DNA of 44,005 nt from a virus (lineage: Duplodnaviria; Caudoviricetes): IMG/VR virus record IMGVR_UViG_3300015050_000679, positions 1 to 44,005 of that record. One strand, written 5' to 3'. The notes below the pieces were generated by a model. The model made no database searches. It saw nothing but the letters and a program-made list of their open reading frames with translations, and had not been told where the DNA came from. Both the position numbers and the translations under genes were made by a program. Below are positions 9,894-19,243 of the stretch, piece after piece (the stretch's first letter is position 1; each line of letters opens with the position of its first letter).

Positions 9894-10321
9894 GACTGCA
9901 AGAGTGCTTGGTTCGGCAACTTCAACTTTCAACCACCGCCACCTACGCAATCGTTGGCACGAAGGTCTTTTGGTCGATCACCGCCAAAGACCCTAACCCG
10001 CCGTTCGTCCGTATCCGCAAAGTCGGGCATCGCCCGCTAACGAATGGGCTTCAATCGCGGCGGCTGCCGGCGGAAATGGCAATTGAGGCCGTCGCCTACG
10101 CGAAGTCGCAAGAGGCCGCGGCGGACCTCGCCGACGCCATCGCAGCCGACCTCATCAACTACAACGGGCTGATGCCTTCAACTTCGCCAGCCACTTCCGG
10201 GGCGCTACACGTCAACGGCATTCAGCCGGGCAGCGAAGAAGACCTTGTGTCAGAAGAGGCCCTAGCCTTGAACATTTTTGCGGAATCGCGGGAGTATCTA
10301 GTCCGCTACCGCGAAGCATAA
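9890..10321 (+). CDS. Tail terminator / tail completion protein
   Basis: VGTKVF, PPFV, YAKS---A--LA-AI---L; position before the major tail gene. Confidence 0.7.
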   Translation: MRLQECLVRQLQLSTTATYAIVGTKVFWSITAKDPNPPFVRIRKVGHRPLTNGLQSRRLPAEMAIEAVAYAKSQEAAADLADAIAADLINYNGLMPSTSPATSGALHVNGIQPGSEEDLVSEEALALNIFAESREYLVRYREA

Positions 10322-10323
10322 TC

Positions 10324-10402
10324 GACCGTCGTGAGATGGGCGAAAACCGGGGACCGTCGTGAGATGGACTCCTAAGACCAATCAACTACTGCCGCGAGGC
10401 AG
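10324..10402 (+). repeat. Two 16-bp direct repeats plus a third hairpin, all GNRA-tetraloop stems, upstream of the major tail gene
   Basis: GACCGTCGTGAGATGG at 10324 and 10352; CTGCC-GCGA-GGCAG at 10389. Confidence 0.85.
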
Positions 10403-10413
10403 AAGGAGCAAAT

Positions 10414-10839
10414 ATGCCTTATTCCCCCTCTGCGGTCGCAGGTCGGGTACTTTCCGTTTCGGCTTCCTCGCCGATTTCCTACGCCGAGGTGCCCGGCATC
10501 GAAGCCCTTCAGTATTCTGGCGGTGCCAAAAACCGCATCAACGTGACGACCATTTCCGACGAAGCGGAAAAGAGCGTCCCTGGCCGTCGCGGATCCGCCA
10601 CCCTGGCCTTCAACCTGTTCTACGATCCGGCCTGGGCCACCCATCAATCGCTCCTCGCCAACTTCAACCTCGGCGACGGCACGCAGTTGGCCTTCCAGGA
10701 CGTGATGGACGACGCGGGCGACAAAACCCGCACCTTCACCGGCTACGTCGAACAGTGGGACGAAACGGCCGACCGTGACGGTGCCAACATGGTTTCGGTT
10801 GTGATCCGCGTTGACGGCGACTTCACCGACACCCCTTAA
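10414..10839 (+). CDS. Major tail (tube) protein
   Basis: INVTTISD, PG----TL-F-L-YDP, F-GYV, IRVDG pattern; AAGGAG RBS. Confidence 0.88.
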   Translation: MPYSPSAVAGRVLSVSASSPISYAEVPGIEALQYSGGAKNRINVTTISDEAEKSVPGRRGSATLAFNLFYDPAWATHQSLLANFNLGDGTQLAFQDVMDDAGDKTRTFTGYVEQWDETADRDGANMVSVVIRVDGDFTDTP

Positions 10840-10844
10840 TCTTT

Positions 10845-11249
10845 ATGCAAAACCCCATCAACCCTCCGCTGGTGGTGCCGTTCCAGGGCAAGACGTATAA
10901 CTGCGATCTTGTCCTGGCGGCACTGCCGCAAATCGAAGGCGAACTCAACATCGGCATCCTCTGCCCGACGGCGGATAGCCTATGGGCAAAACCGGAGTTC
11001 TTTCAACGGGCCGTGCTTCTGTACTGCTTGCTGAAATCCACGAAGATCCCCGGCCTCTCCCTTGCCCGCTGCTCTGCGGAAGTCGTCGGGCCGAACGCGC
11101 TACGGCTCGCCGAAATCATCAAGGAAGCCGCCGAACGGCTTCAACCGCAGGTCATGTCGCTGAATAACATGCTGCCGCCGCCTGACGCCAACGAACGCCC
11201 TACGGACGCTCAGAGTATTGGTCAAGACTCTGGGCAATCGGAAAGCTAG
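10845..11249 (+). CDS. Tail assembly chaperone (gpG-like)
   Basis: Position between tail tube and tape measure; followed by an overlapping -1 frame ORF. Confidence 0.7.
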   Translation: MQNPINPPLVVPFQGKTYNCDLVLAALPQIEGELNIGILCPTADSLWAKPEFFQRAVLLYCLLKSTKIPGLSLARCSAEVVGPNALRLAEIIKEAAERLQPQVMSLNNMLPPPDANERPTDAQSIGQDSGQSES

Positions 11250-11398
11250 TCCTTCACATCCCGGAGTCAGAGTTCTGGTCGCTGACTCCGGGCCAACTTG
11301 CCGACCTCATCGAGATTCATCGGCAAATCAACCACGTACCAGAGCCAAAAAAGGACACGCCAGATGGCCGCACGCCGCGCCGGAAAGTTCGCCGTTGA
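11186..11398 (+). CDS. Tail assembly chaperone extension (gpGT-like), -1 frame, probably reached by frameshift
   Basis: Open frame 11186-11398 without ATG encodes LWAIGKLVLHIPESEFWSLTPGQLADL, a typical gpT FW-LTP motif; not in the ORF track. Confidence 0.75.
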   Translation, partial: RQRTPYGRSEYWSRLWAIGKLVLHIPESEFWSLTPGQLADLIEIHRQINHVPEPKKDTPDGRTPRRKVRR

Positions 11399-11942
11399 AG
11401 CCCGAAACCTTCGGGAGTTAAAGGCGACCTTTCGCAGCGTGGCGGCTTCCGTTTCAGGCGAGCAAAACAGCGGACTTCTGAAATACGTAGGCATCGCCAT
11501 CCAGGACGCCTACGCCGCCGCCGCAAGGCTGATCCGTGATCGAGCGCGTTCTAACGCGGCCAGTGGTGGCGCGCCAAAACGGCTCTACTCCGGTGCCCGC
11601 CCTGCTATCTTCTCCTTCGCTGACTTCAAGGCCGGGAATACTGACAAGCGTAAACGGTCGTCTCTAGTCGGCGTCCGCACTGGACTATCTACGCGGTCGC
11701 GCGACCCGAATTTGTTCGTGCAGTGGCACCCGAAATCGGGCCAGCGGCGCGACGGCTCACGGCTGCAAAGCGGCGGCCTCTCGATGTCCCTCGCCGCCCT
11801 TTTTGAGCGTGGCACAAAAGACCGGCGCATCCGGCCGCTCCGCTATTTCCGCTCGGCCATCTTCGCCACGCGGGGCCAAGTCATCGGCATGTTGACCCGC
11901 GCCTATCAGGCGGCGGGCGCAAAGATCAACTCCCTTAAATAA
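11364..11942 (+). CDS. HK97 gp10-like tail completion protein
   Basis: NLREL---F N-terminus, AARLIRDRAR, FERGT----P--YFR-A; ATG 11364. Confidence 0.65.
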   Translation: MAARRAGKFAVEARNLRELKATFRSVAASVSGEQNSGLLKYVGIAIQDAYAAAARLIRDRARSNAASGGAPKRLYSGARPAIFSFADFKAGNTDKRKRSSLVGVRTGLSTRSRDPNLFVQWHPKSGQRRDGSRLQSGGLSMSLAALFERGTKDRRIRPLRYFRSAIFATRGQVIGMLTRAYQAAGAKINSLK

Positions 11943-14873
11943 ATGTCATCCCTCGTATTCCGCATTACCGGCGATCCAGCCTCCTTTAAGGCGGCTATGG
12001 GCGAGGTGTCGGGTTCGCTCGATGCCGCGGGCCGCAAAGCTACACTCGTCTCTGACGTGTTCGGGCGCATGGGCTCCGCAATGACGCTCGGGATTACCGT
12101 CCCTGCCGTTGCGGCGGGAGCCGCGGTCATCAAAGCCGCTGCGGACATGGACAGCCTGAAGCGCGGACTCACTGCCGTAGCTGGCTCCAGCGAGGAAGCG
12201 CAGAAACAACTCGTCCGGCTGAAGGAAGTAGCCAAGCTGCCCGGATTGGGCTTTAAAGAGGCCATCCAGGGCTCGATCAGCCTCCAAGCAGCCGGGTTCT
12301 CCGCGCAACTCGCCGAGCGCAGCCTGAAGGCATTTGGCAACGCGCTCGCCACCGTCGGCAAGGGGAAGGCCGACCTCGATGGCGTAGGGCTAGCGCTGTC
12401 TCAGATTGCCTCGAAAGGCAAGATTAGCGCCGAAGAAATCAACCAGCTAGCCGAGCGGGTACCGCAAATCCGCGCCGCGATGAAGGCGGCTTTCGGCACA
12501 GCCGATACTGAGGTACTGCAAAAGGCTGGCATCGGCGCGCAGGAGTTTACTGAGAAGGTCGTGCGCGAGCTGGAAAAGCTCCCGCAGGTGACTGGCGGCG
12601 TTAAAAACGCCATGGAAAACCTGTCGGACGCGGTGAATCAAAGCGCCGTGCGCATCGGCGAAAAGCTACTGCCGACGGTCGAGGCTGTTCTACCGAAACT
12701 GGAGAGCATGGTCGGCGTAGCGGCTGATCTGGTTGACGGTTTCGTTAAACTGCCCGGCCCAGTGCAAAACACGGCGCTGGCAATCGGCGGGCTGTTACTG
12801 GTCGCTGGCCCTGCATCGAAGGCCATTGCACTTATCACGGAGTCGCTCGTAGCTGCGCGGGCGGCCTATCTGGCGTTCGCTGCCGTCTCCGGTTCCGGCG
12901 CTGCGGTAACCGCTCTATCTGCCTCGGCAGCATGGGCTGCGAAAAATGCCGTGGCGATGCGCGGAATTGTAGCTGTTGCGCCGAGCCTAGCATCCGGCCT
13001 AACGGCAGTCGGAGCCGCCGCTGGCGTTGCTGGAGGTGCCGCTGCTGGCGTGCTGGTTTACGGCTTGAACAACTCCGCCTCCGCCATGCGTGAGCAAAAG
13101 AAAGCGGCTGACGAATCAGCTGCAAGCCTGCGCCGCATCAATGATCGCTTCTATGAGAACGCCCCGGCGACAAAGGGAGGGTATGAAGCGCTCGTAGGTT
13201 TCACGCGCTCTCTCGCTGACTCCAAAAAGCCAGCGGAAGAACATGCGATCAACCTGAATAAAATCGGCATCGCGTCCGCCTCGATGGCTAACGTCATCAA
13301 GGTGACCTCCGTCGCCATGCGTGACGCCAACGGCGAACTCTCGAAAACCTCTTTAGTCTACGTCGAGATGCTGGAGCGGACGAAGGCCGCGCTGGGCAAG
13401 GTTAAGGACGTGATGTACGAATACATCACCGCCGGCACCCTCATTGGCAAAACCATCGACACCCACCCGGCTATTCTCGACGCAGCCACACTGGGCGCGC
13501 AGGAGTACGTGGCGCAGCTCGGCAACATCCGGCGCGAGCTGGAGAACATGCCCGCGCCGCGCGTCGAAACCGTCAATGGCGGCAACCTCCGCCGCGGCTC
13601 AGTCTTCGAGACGGATGACATTCTCGGATCGTCATCCTCGCGAAATCAGGCGCAGCGCGTGGCGCAAGCCGAAGCCGATCTCGCGCGCATCAAACAACTC
13701 AACGCCGAAGGCAAAGCCACCGGCAACGACGTTATCACCGCGCAGCAAAACCTGAAGAAAGCACTGGAAGAAACCGGGCGCGCGGCCACCACCAGCGGGG
13801 CCCGGCAAGTAGGCGCGTTGCGGCAGGTATCCACGATCCTAACCGACCTCTCGCGCGGCATCGCCAACGCGGGCGTCGGCCTGCTATTCGACCGCCCGAA
13901 GGTGGACGCGCAGGCGTTCCGCGACGAGATTAAAGGACTGGAGGCCGACATTGAACGCTTGACTTCCGCGCAAGGGCAGATGAGCGAAGAGACGGCACGG
14001 CTCAAGGACGAGGAGTCGAAGCTCCTGGCCGCTCAGGTTAAAGGGCACAACGTCACGGCACAGCTAGCCGTGGTTCGTGCGAAGATCGTGGAGTCCGAAA
14101 AGAAAGGCACTGAGGCGCTGACCGAGGCGCAGAAGAAACTGGCCGACGCCAACAAGCGCATGGCCGAGGAACTGCATAAGGCATCCTTCGGCTTCCGCGC
14201 TTTGGAGGCCGGCAAGGCGATTATCGAGGACTTGGCTAAGTCGATTGTGCGGACGCTGATTGAAGGCGCGCTCAAGGATCTAAGCAAAAGCCTGCTCGAT
14301 GTCGGAGGTTTATTTGGGAAGGTCTTTAGCGGTGGTACTGGAGTAATAAAGTCTGCCGTGCCGGGCGTTACGGCCGTTGGCTTAGAGAATGGCGGACTCG
14401 GCAATCTACCGGGGCTAGGGGGAGCGGGAGCATCGGTCGGCTCGTCGGCCGCAAGCGGTGTTGCTGGTATCGTTGGCGCTGTCGGCTCGGTCGTCTCCGC
14501 GATTTCCGGCGTTGTTTCGAACTTCCAGTTCGCACACATGAACACCGCACTAGGCCGCATTGAGGAATCCACGCGGTACCTGAAAATCTACACAGGGGAG
14601 CAATCGCAAAGCCTGCTGTGGTGCGCGCAAAAATCCACGGAATACCTCGGCTACATCAGCGCCAGCTCCGACACCATCGGTCGCCTGAACTCCGAGATGC
14701 TCGCCCATCTCCAGCGCATCACAGGGGCCGGGATGGTCGCGCCAGCGGCCTCCACTGGCGGCGATATGTACGTCTCCATGGAAGGCGCGTACTTGATTTC
14801 CGATTATCAGATGGGCGACTTTGCCGACCGGCTTATCCGCCTTCTGAAATCGCGCGGGGTGCAGTTCGCATAA
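11943..14873 (+). CDS. Tape measure protein
   Basis: 976 aa Ala/Gly-rich helical; LSQIASKGKISAEEINQLAER tape-measure motif. Confidence 0.95.
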   Translation: MSSLVFRITGDPASFKAAMGEVSGSLDAAGRKATLVSDVFGRMGSAMTLGITVPAVAAGAAVIKAAADMDSLKRGLTAVAGSSEEAQKQLVRLKEVAKLPGLGFKEAIQGSISLQAAGFSAQLAERSLKAFGNALATVGKGKADLDGVGLALSQIASKGKISAEEINQLAERVPQIRAAMKAAFGTADTEVLQKAGIGAQEFTEKVVRELEKLPQVTGGVKNAMENLSDAVNQSAVRIGEKLLPTVEAVLPKLESMVGVAADLVDGFVKLPGPVQNTALAIGGLLLVAGPASKAIALITESLVAARAAYLAFAAVSGSGAAVTALSASAAWAAKNAVAMRGIVAVAPSLASGLTAVGAAAGVAGGAAAGVLVYGLNNSASAMREQKKAADESAASLRRINDRFYENAPATKGGYEALVGFTRSLADSKKPAEEHAINLNKIGIASASMANVIKVTSVAMRDANGELSKTSLVYVEMLERTKAALGKVKDVMYEYITAGTLIGKTIDTHPAILDAATLGAQEYVAQLGNIRRELENMPAPRVETVNGGNLRRGSVFETDDILGSSSSRNQAQRVAQAEADLARIKQLNAEGKATGNDVITAQQNLKKALEETGRAATTSGARQVGALRQVSTILTDLSRGIANAGVGLLFDRPKVDAQAFRDEIKGLEADIERLTSAQGQMSEETARLKDEESKLLAAQVKGHNVTAQLAVVRAKIVESEKKGTEALTEAQKKLADANKRMAEELHKASFGFRALEAGKAIIEDLAKSIVRTLIEGALKDLSKSLLDVGGLFGKVFSGGTGVIKSAVPGVTAVGLENGGLGNLPGLGGAGASVGSSAASGVAGIVGAVGSVVSAISGVVSNFQFAHMNTALGRIEESTRYLKIYTGEQSQSLLWCAQKSTEYLGYISASSDTIGRLNSEMLAHLQRITGAGMVAPAASTGGDMYVSMEGAYLISDYQMGDFADRLIRLLKSRGVQFA

Positions 14874-16600
14874 TGGGAATTTCAGTCCTCGTACTCTCGA
14901 CGCTGGCGAACGATAAAACCAAGCCAGCGACGATCTCGATTAACAAGCGCCTCGGGCAACCGGCGACAGCGGAGGTGTCTACTGTTGACAGGGCAGGCAC
15001 CTTCTTTCCCTACGTCGGGAACAAAGTCGAGATTCTGGACCAGAATGCAGACCCGATATTTTTCGGCAACGCGAACGAAGTCGAGCGTATCCGCCCCGGC
15101 CATTATGCTTGCGATGTAAGCGAGTCGCGGACCTCCTGCACCGACCTGAACTTTGCCCTCACGCGGCGCCTTGCCGGTGAGTATGAGTGGATCGGGAAGA
15201 CGCTCTTGGAGATCGTTACAGACATCGTAGCGAACAGTCTGGCTGGCGATCTGACCGATATCACGCTTGTTGAAACCGGCCCAGTCCTACCTAACTTCCT
15301 CATCAGCTACCCAACCGTCGCCGGGGCCTTCGATGCTCTCAAAAAAGAGACGGGCATGGAATGGCACGTTGACGACCAAAACCGACTGAACTTCTTTACA
15401 CCGGGCGCGATGGCGTGCCCTTGGTCTATTGTGGACGGTTCCAACCTGGAGCGCATCGTCATCCGCGAGACGCGCGAAGACTACTGCAATTGGGCCGTGG
15501 CGCGCGTCCTAAAAGCGTTACGCGAGCCCGCCACCGAAGAGTTTGTAGGCGACGGCGCGCTGACAAGTTTTGAACTTGCGTACCCCTGCGCGCAGGCACC
15601 GACGATCTTTCTTAATGGCGTAGAAAACACCGTCGGCATCACCACCGTTGACACGGGCAAAGATTGGTACTGGTCGCCGGAATCTAAGGAGATTCGGCAG
15701 GACGACCTAGGCGTAGTGCTGACCAGCGCGGACACGCTGGCGGTCACCTACGTGGGCCAGGAGCAGATATATGTCGAGTCGCAGAACGCAGGCGAAATCG
15801 CCGCGCGCGCCGCGGCCGAAGACAACAGCGGCATCTATCAGCGGCTCATCGAGATTGAGGCGGAATCGACCCGCGCCGACGCACAAGCCATCGTAGACGC
15901 CTACGTTGCCGCGCATGACTCGTTTTCGCTCGTCGCCACAATCGAGACGAACGACCACATCGAGCCGCTTGTGCTGGGAACGCAAGTAGGGCAGACCATT
16001 GACATTGGAATTAACGGCTACGGCGCGCTGGGCGAGTTTTTGATAACGGACATCAACATCCTCCACTGGGACGTGAACGATCAAGCGGCAGCGCAGTGGA
16101 AATACACGATCACTGCCGTTAAAGGGCCGAAGCTGAAGAACTTCGTGGAAGCGTTCGGCGACCTAATCGGAAGCGGTCAGAGCGGCGCGAGCAAGCAGCC
16201 TGTAGCCGCCACAGAGCGCCGGCCAATTCAGCGCACGCTGCTCCTGAAAGATACCGCCGTCGGCAACGACATCGCCGATCATACGACCGTCTACGCGGGC
16301 GGCACTGGGCGCCGTATGACGGGCGTTCTCCGCACTGCTATCGCGGCCGATTTGACCGTGCGCGTCAAGAAGTATACCGTAGCCTCTCCGGTGGTCGCCG
16401 CCTCGACCATCATCACACTGACGATTCCGGCGAGCACGCCCGTGAATACGCCGATCACACAAACCACCTTTACGGATGACCCCCAGCAGTTTTACGATGG
16501 GGACGTTCTGATTTGGGATGTGACGGCCAGCGACGGCTCCGTGGACGCCGCGGGCGTCGCTTCATTCACTCTGGAGTGGACGAATGTCCCTGGCGTTTAG
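14873..16600 (+). CDS. Minor tail / baseplate hub protein
   Basis: Follows TMP (TAATG overlap); W-VD----L-F hub-like segment, F-GDG---F-L repeat. Confidence 0.7.
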   Translation: MGISVLVLSTLANDKTKPATISINKRLGQPATAEVSTVDRAGTFFPYVGNKVEILDQNADPIFFGNANEVERIRPGHYACDVSESRTSCTDLNFALTRRLAGEYEWIGKTLLEIVTDIVANSLAGDLTDITLVETGPVLPNFLISYPTVAGAFDALKKETGMEWHVDDQNRLNFFTPGAMACPWSIVDGSNLERIVIRETREDYCNWAVARVLKALREPATEEFVGDGALTSFELAYPCAQAPTIFLNGVENTVGITTVDTGKDWYWSPESKEIRQDDLGVVLTSADTLAVTYVGQEQIYVESQNAGEIAARAAAEDNSGIYQRLIEIEAESTRADAQAIVDAYVAAHDSFSLVATIETNDHIEPLVLGTQVGQTIDIGINGYGALGEFLITDINILHWDVNDQAAAQWKYTITAVKGPKLKNFVEAFGDLIGSGQSGASKQPVAATERRPIQRTLLLKDTAVGNDIADHTTVYAGGTGRRMTGVLRTAIAADLTVRVKKYTVASPVVAASTIITLTIPASTPVNTPITQTTFTDDPQQFYDGDVLIWDVTASDGSVDAAGVASFTLEWTNVPGV

Positions 16601-17528
16601 TGATCTACCGATTGCACAGGGCACCATCTCTGCCGACCCGGCGACATTCCTGGACGACCTGCACATCCTGCTTACCTCCGCTGGATGGACCTCGGCCACC
16701 TACGATAACGGCCACTTATACGCCTGCGTATCTCCGCAGGGCCTCGCCGCTCAGGTACGCATCTGGTACCCCGACGACCCAGACTTTGACAACTGCTTCG
16801 CTTTTCAGTGGATCACTTCAACCTCCCCGATCTCCGAGGGCCTAATCCACCACCTACGCTCCGACGCCGCCCGCACCTACTCGATATGGGCCAACTGCTG
16901 CTCTCTTTTCATCGGCCGCCCGGGTGTGACCCACGCGGACCTTGTGCCGTGGAGCGTTTGCGGCGGCATCCCCTACACCTACGGCCTCGTGGCGCCAACC
17001 GATCAATGCGCCGCGCAATCCCCGGCGCCACCCGATACCACCACAGAACTCTGGTTCTCCGCTGGCTCTGATTCCGGCGTGGCTGGCTTTGCCGCGGCTA
17101 CCGTATTCAGCTTCCGCGACAGCAGCTACTGCGCGCGGTTCAGCTTTTCGCGCAACTCGGTAGTCTCCAACGTCACCAGTGCCATCGAGTCGGACGCGCT
17201 GCAACTGGGCGTGCTGGCACCATCTGGCTACCTCAACAACCGCCGCCCATCCGGCTTCGAGTCGGGCCTTCTGTTTGTGGACGGCACGCCGCTTGCTACG
17301 GACCCGATTATCAGCGTCGCTGGCATCTGGTACGGGCAACTCTACGACGCCTGCCTCATCTCTAAACCGATGTCACTGGAAGCCACGGAAACAATTTTCG
17401 AGAGTGCCGTGCCACGGACAACCGACTGGATAAACTATCTGGACGCAAGCGAGCACAACGGCCTAATCTCCAGCCTTTTACTTCTCACCGGCACCAGCAG
17501 TGGGAGAGTTTGCAACATTGCTCACTGA
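16584..17528 (+). CDS. Minor tail protein (paralog-like to next gene)
   Basis: S/T/G-rich; L--AGWT and G-LYD shared with the next gene. Confidence 0.55.
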   Translation: MSLAFSDLPIAQGTISADPATFLDDLHILLTSAGWTSATYDNGHLYACVSPQGLAAQVRIWYPDDPDFDNCFAFQWITSTSPISEGLIHHLRSDAARTYSIWANCCSLFIGRPGVTHADLVPWSVCGGIPYTYGLVAPTDQCAAQSPAPPDTTTELWFSAGSDSGVAGFAAATVFSFRDSSYCARFSFSRNSVVSNVTSAIESDALQLGVLAPSGYLNNRRPSGFESGLLFVDGTPLATDPIISVAGIWYGQLYDACLISKPMSLEATETIFESAVPRTTDWINYLDASEHNGLISSLLLLTGTSSGRVCNIAH

Positions 17529-18828
17529 CCCCTTCTACATCCCCGGTGCCGAGTACAGCGGCACCTCAACCGGCATCCAATCGCTGGCCTACGGATCGTC
17601 CTACGTGGCCGCTGGCCTCGCGCTCGTCGGGCTGCTTCAAGACGCCGGGTGGACCATCGTAGACAGCGCGCCAAGCTCGGGAAAGGCCACTCGGCCCGCC
17701 TTCTATTTCCAGACTGTCAGCGGCACCGGGACGCCGGTTGACATGACGCCAGCCCAATGTACATCGCTAGCTGGCGCGCCATGGCGGCGGGCGAGCGCGG
17801 GCGGCGTGACCTACAACTCCTACGATCCAGGCCAATACACTCCGGTTTGCCCTGGTGGCACGAACGGTATCGGCTGGTTCGCGGCAGATACAACCACACT
17901 GGGCACGGCTACCAGCCTTGCGGACAAGATCACGGAATCGCCCGTTTGGGATTGCGCTGTGACGGCCACTATCGGCGACCCATCGGCGGGCGGCTCGTAT
18001 GAGTTTACATTTACGTCAGAGGCACCAGCGTTTGAGTTCGACGAACTGCTTTTACTCGACGGAACCGGCGTCATGCTTCGCGGGTATTACACGCTGCGAT
18101 CACCGACACTCGATGGTGCCTATTTGGAGTGCAAAATTGAAACGCGTCGGGTCAATAATTCCGGCTCGTTCTTCTCATACGACGGGCTAGGCACGCCACG
18201 CCTGTGCATCACGATAACGGCGTCCGGCGGTGGCACGTACTATATGCCATTCATGCCAGGCTCCTACAACTTCTGCGGCAATAATCACCAGTTCGCCATC
18301 TGGCCGAAGGTGGGGCAGACTATCGGCAGAAACTTCAACACCGCGCTATTCGTGAGCCTCATCGAAGCCCCAACGGCACACGCCACGGGCGGCAGTTGCC
18401 CGGTGGTGATTGGCTCGAATAACGGCGACCTGAACATCTACCCCGACCACCTCCGAACGCAGCTCCACTGGTCGCAATCGCTAGCCTCCGGGCAGGCCGC
18501 GGTCATGGATGACACCGCGTACCGCAAGGGCACCTGCGACGGCTACCAGACCGTGCCGGTCCTCGTCCGAGGGACTAAGACCCGCCAGACGACATCACTC
18601 TCGGGCCAGCCGCTTATACAGGCTCCCTACATCGCCCTGCCAGCCAATCCGACCAGCGGACCTGAGGCGGAAATCGTCGGCAAACTCTGGGACATCGTGA
18701 CAACCAGCGGCAACGCCGGACTAGGGGCCATGATGCTCAATGACGGCAAGCGATGGACGTGTTTCTCGACGACAACGCCAGCGGGCGACGTTGGCTGCGA
18801 TATGTGGATTTTAACGGACCCGAGCTAA
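17500..18828 (+). CDS. Minor tail protein
   Basis: S/T/G-rich; LQDAGWT, GKLWD; true start may be TTG 17518. Confidence 0.55.
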   Translation: MGEFATLLTDPFYIPGAEYSGTSTGIQSLAYGSSYVAAGLALVGLLQDAGWTIVDSAPSSGKATRPAFYFQTVSGTGTPVDMTPAQCTSLAGAPWRRASAGGVTYNSYDPGQYTPVCPGGTNGIGWFAADTTTLGTATSLADKITESPVWDCAVTATIGDPSAGGSYEFTFTSEAPAFEFDELLLLDGTGVMLRGYYTLRSPTLDGAYLECKIETRRVNNSGSFFSYDGLGTPRLCITITASGGGTYYMPFMPGSYNFCGNNHQFAIWPKVGQTIGRNFNTALFVSLIEAPTAHATGGSCPVVIGSNNGDLNIYPDHLRTQLHWSQSLASGQAAVMDDTAYRKGTCDGYQTVPVLVRGTKTRQTTSLSGQPLIQAPYIALPANPTSGPEAEIVGKLWDIVTTSGNAGLGAMMLNDGKRWTCFSTTTPAGDVGCDMWILTDPS

Positions 18829-18832
18829 AACT

Positions 18833-19240
18833 ATGGCAAGCTTCAAAACAACATACCTCTCCAATCTACTGCTGAACTGCCTGTACGGCGGCGCGGCATT
18901 CGACAGCGCGATCCCGGCGACTATCTACGCCATTCCGTATACCGCAGCGCCAACGGTAGCCGGTGGTGGCACGGAATACACCGCGTCCGGGCTTTCCCGC
19001 GCGTCGGTCACCCGCAATACAACTAACTTCCCGACCTCATCGGCGGCAACGATCTCCAACGCAACAGCTATCTCATTCGGCACCCCGGCGACGGGCGCAA
19101 CGGTGGTTGGCATCGGCTGGATTGACGCATCGAGCGGTGGGAACCTGCTATCGTATGGCGATCTCGACGTACCAAAAGTTGTAACTGGCGGCGTCGCGTT
19201 CACGATGCAAATTGGATCGTTTGTAGGAACAGAGGCATAA
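18833..19240 (+). CDS. Small tail fibre/tip protein
   Basis: YLSN-LLN, TA-P---GGTE, SNA-AI-F, DASSGGNLL-YG-L motif seen in phage tail proteins. Confidence 0.7.
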   Translation: MASFKTTYLSNLLLNCLYGGAAFDSAIPATIYAIPYTAAPTVAGGGTEYTASGLSRASVTRNTTNFPTSSAATISNATAISFGTPATGATVVGIGWIDASSGGNLLSYGDLDVPKVVTGGVAFTMQIGSFVGTEA

Positions 19241-19243
19241 TCT

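Noticed and set aside
10324-10367. Direct repeats as a mini CRISPR array
   Set aside because: Only two 16-bp units with a 12-nt gap and no cas genes; better explained as RNA hairpins
11239-11245. CGGAAAG as a lambda-like GGGAAAG slippery site
   Set aside because: Not a full heptamer and not in the chaperone's reading frame
14618-14872. N-terminal extension of the hub ORF overlapping the tape measure gene
   Set aside because: Arg/Pro-rich off-frame sequence; the TAATG junction at 14873 is the better start. The same applies to extensions at 23136, 37995, 39523 and 42638
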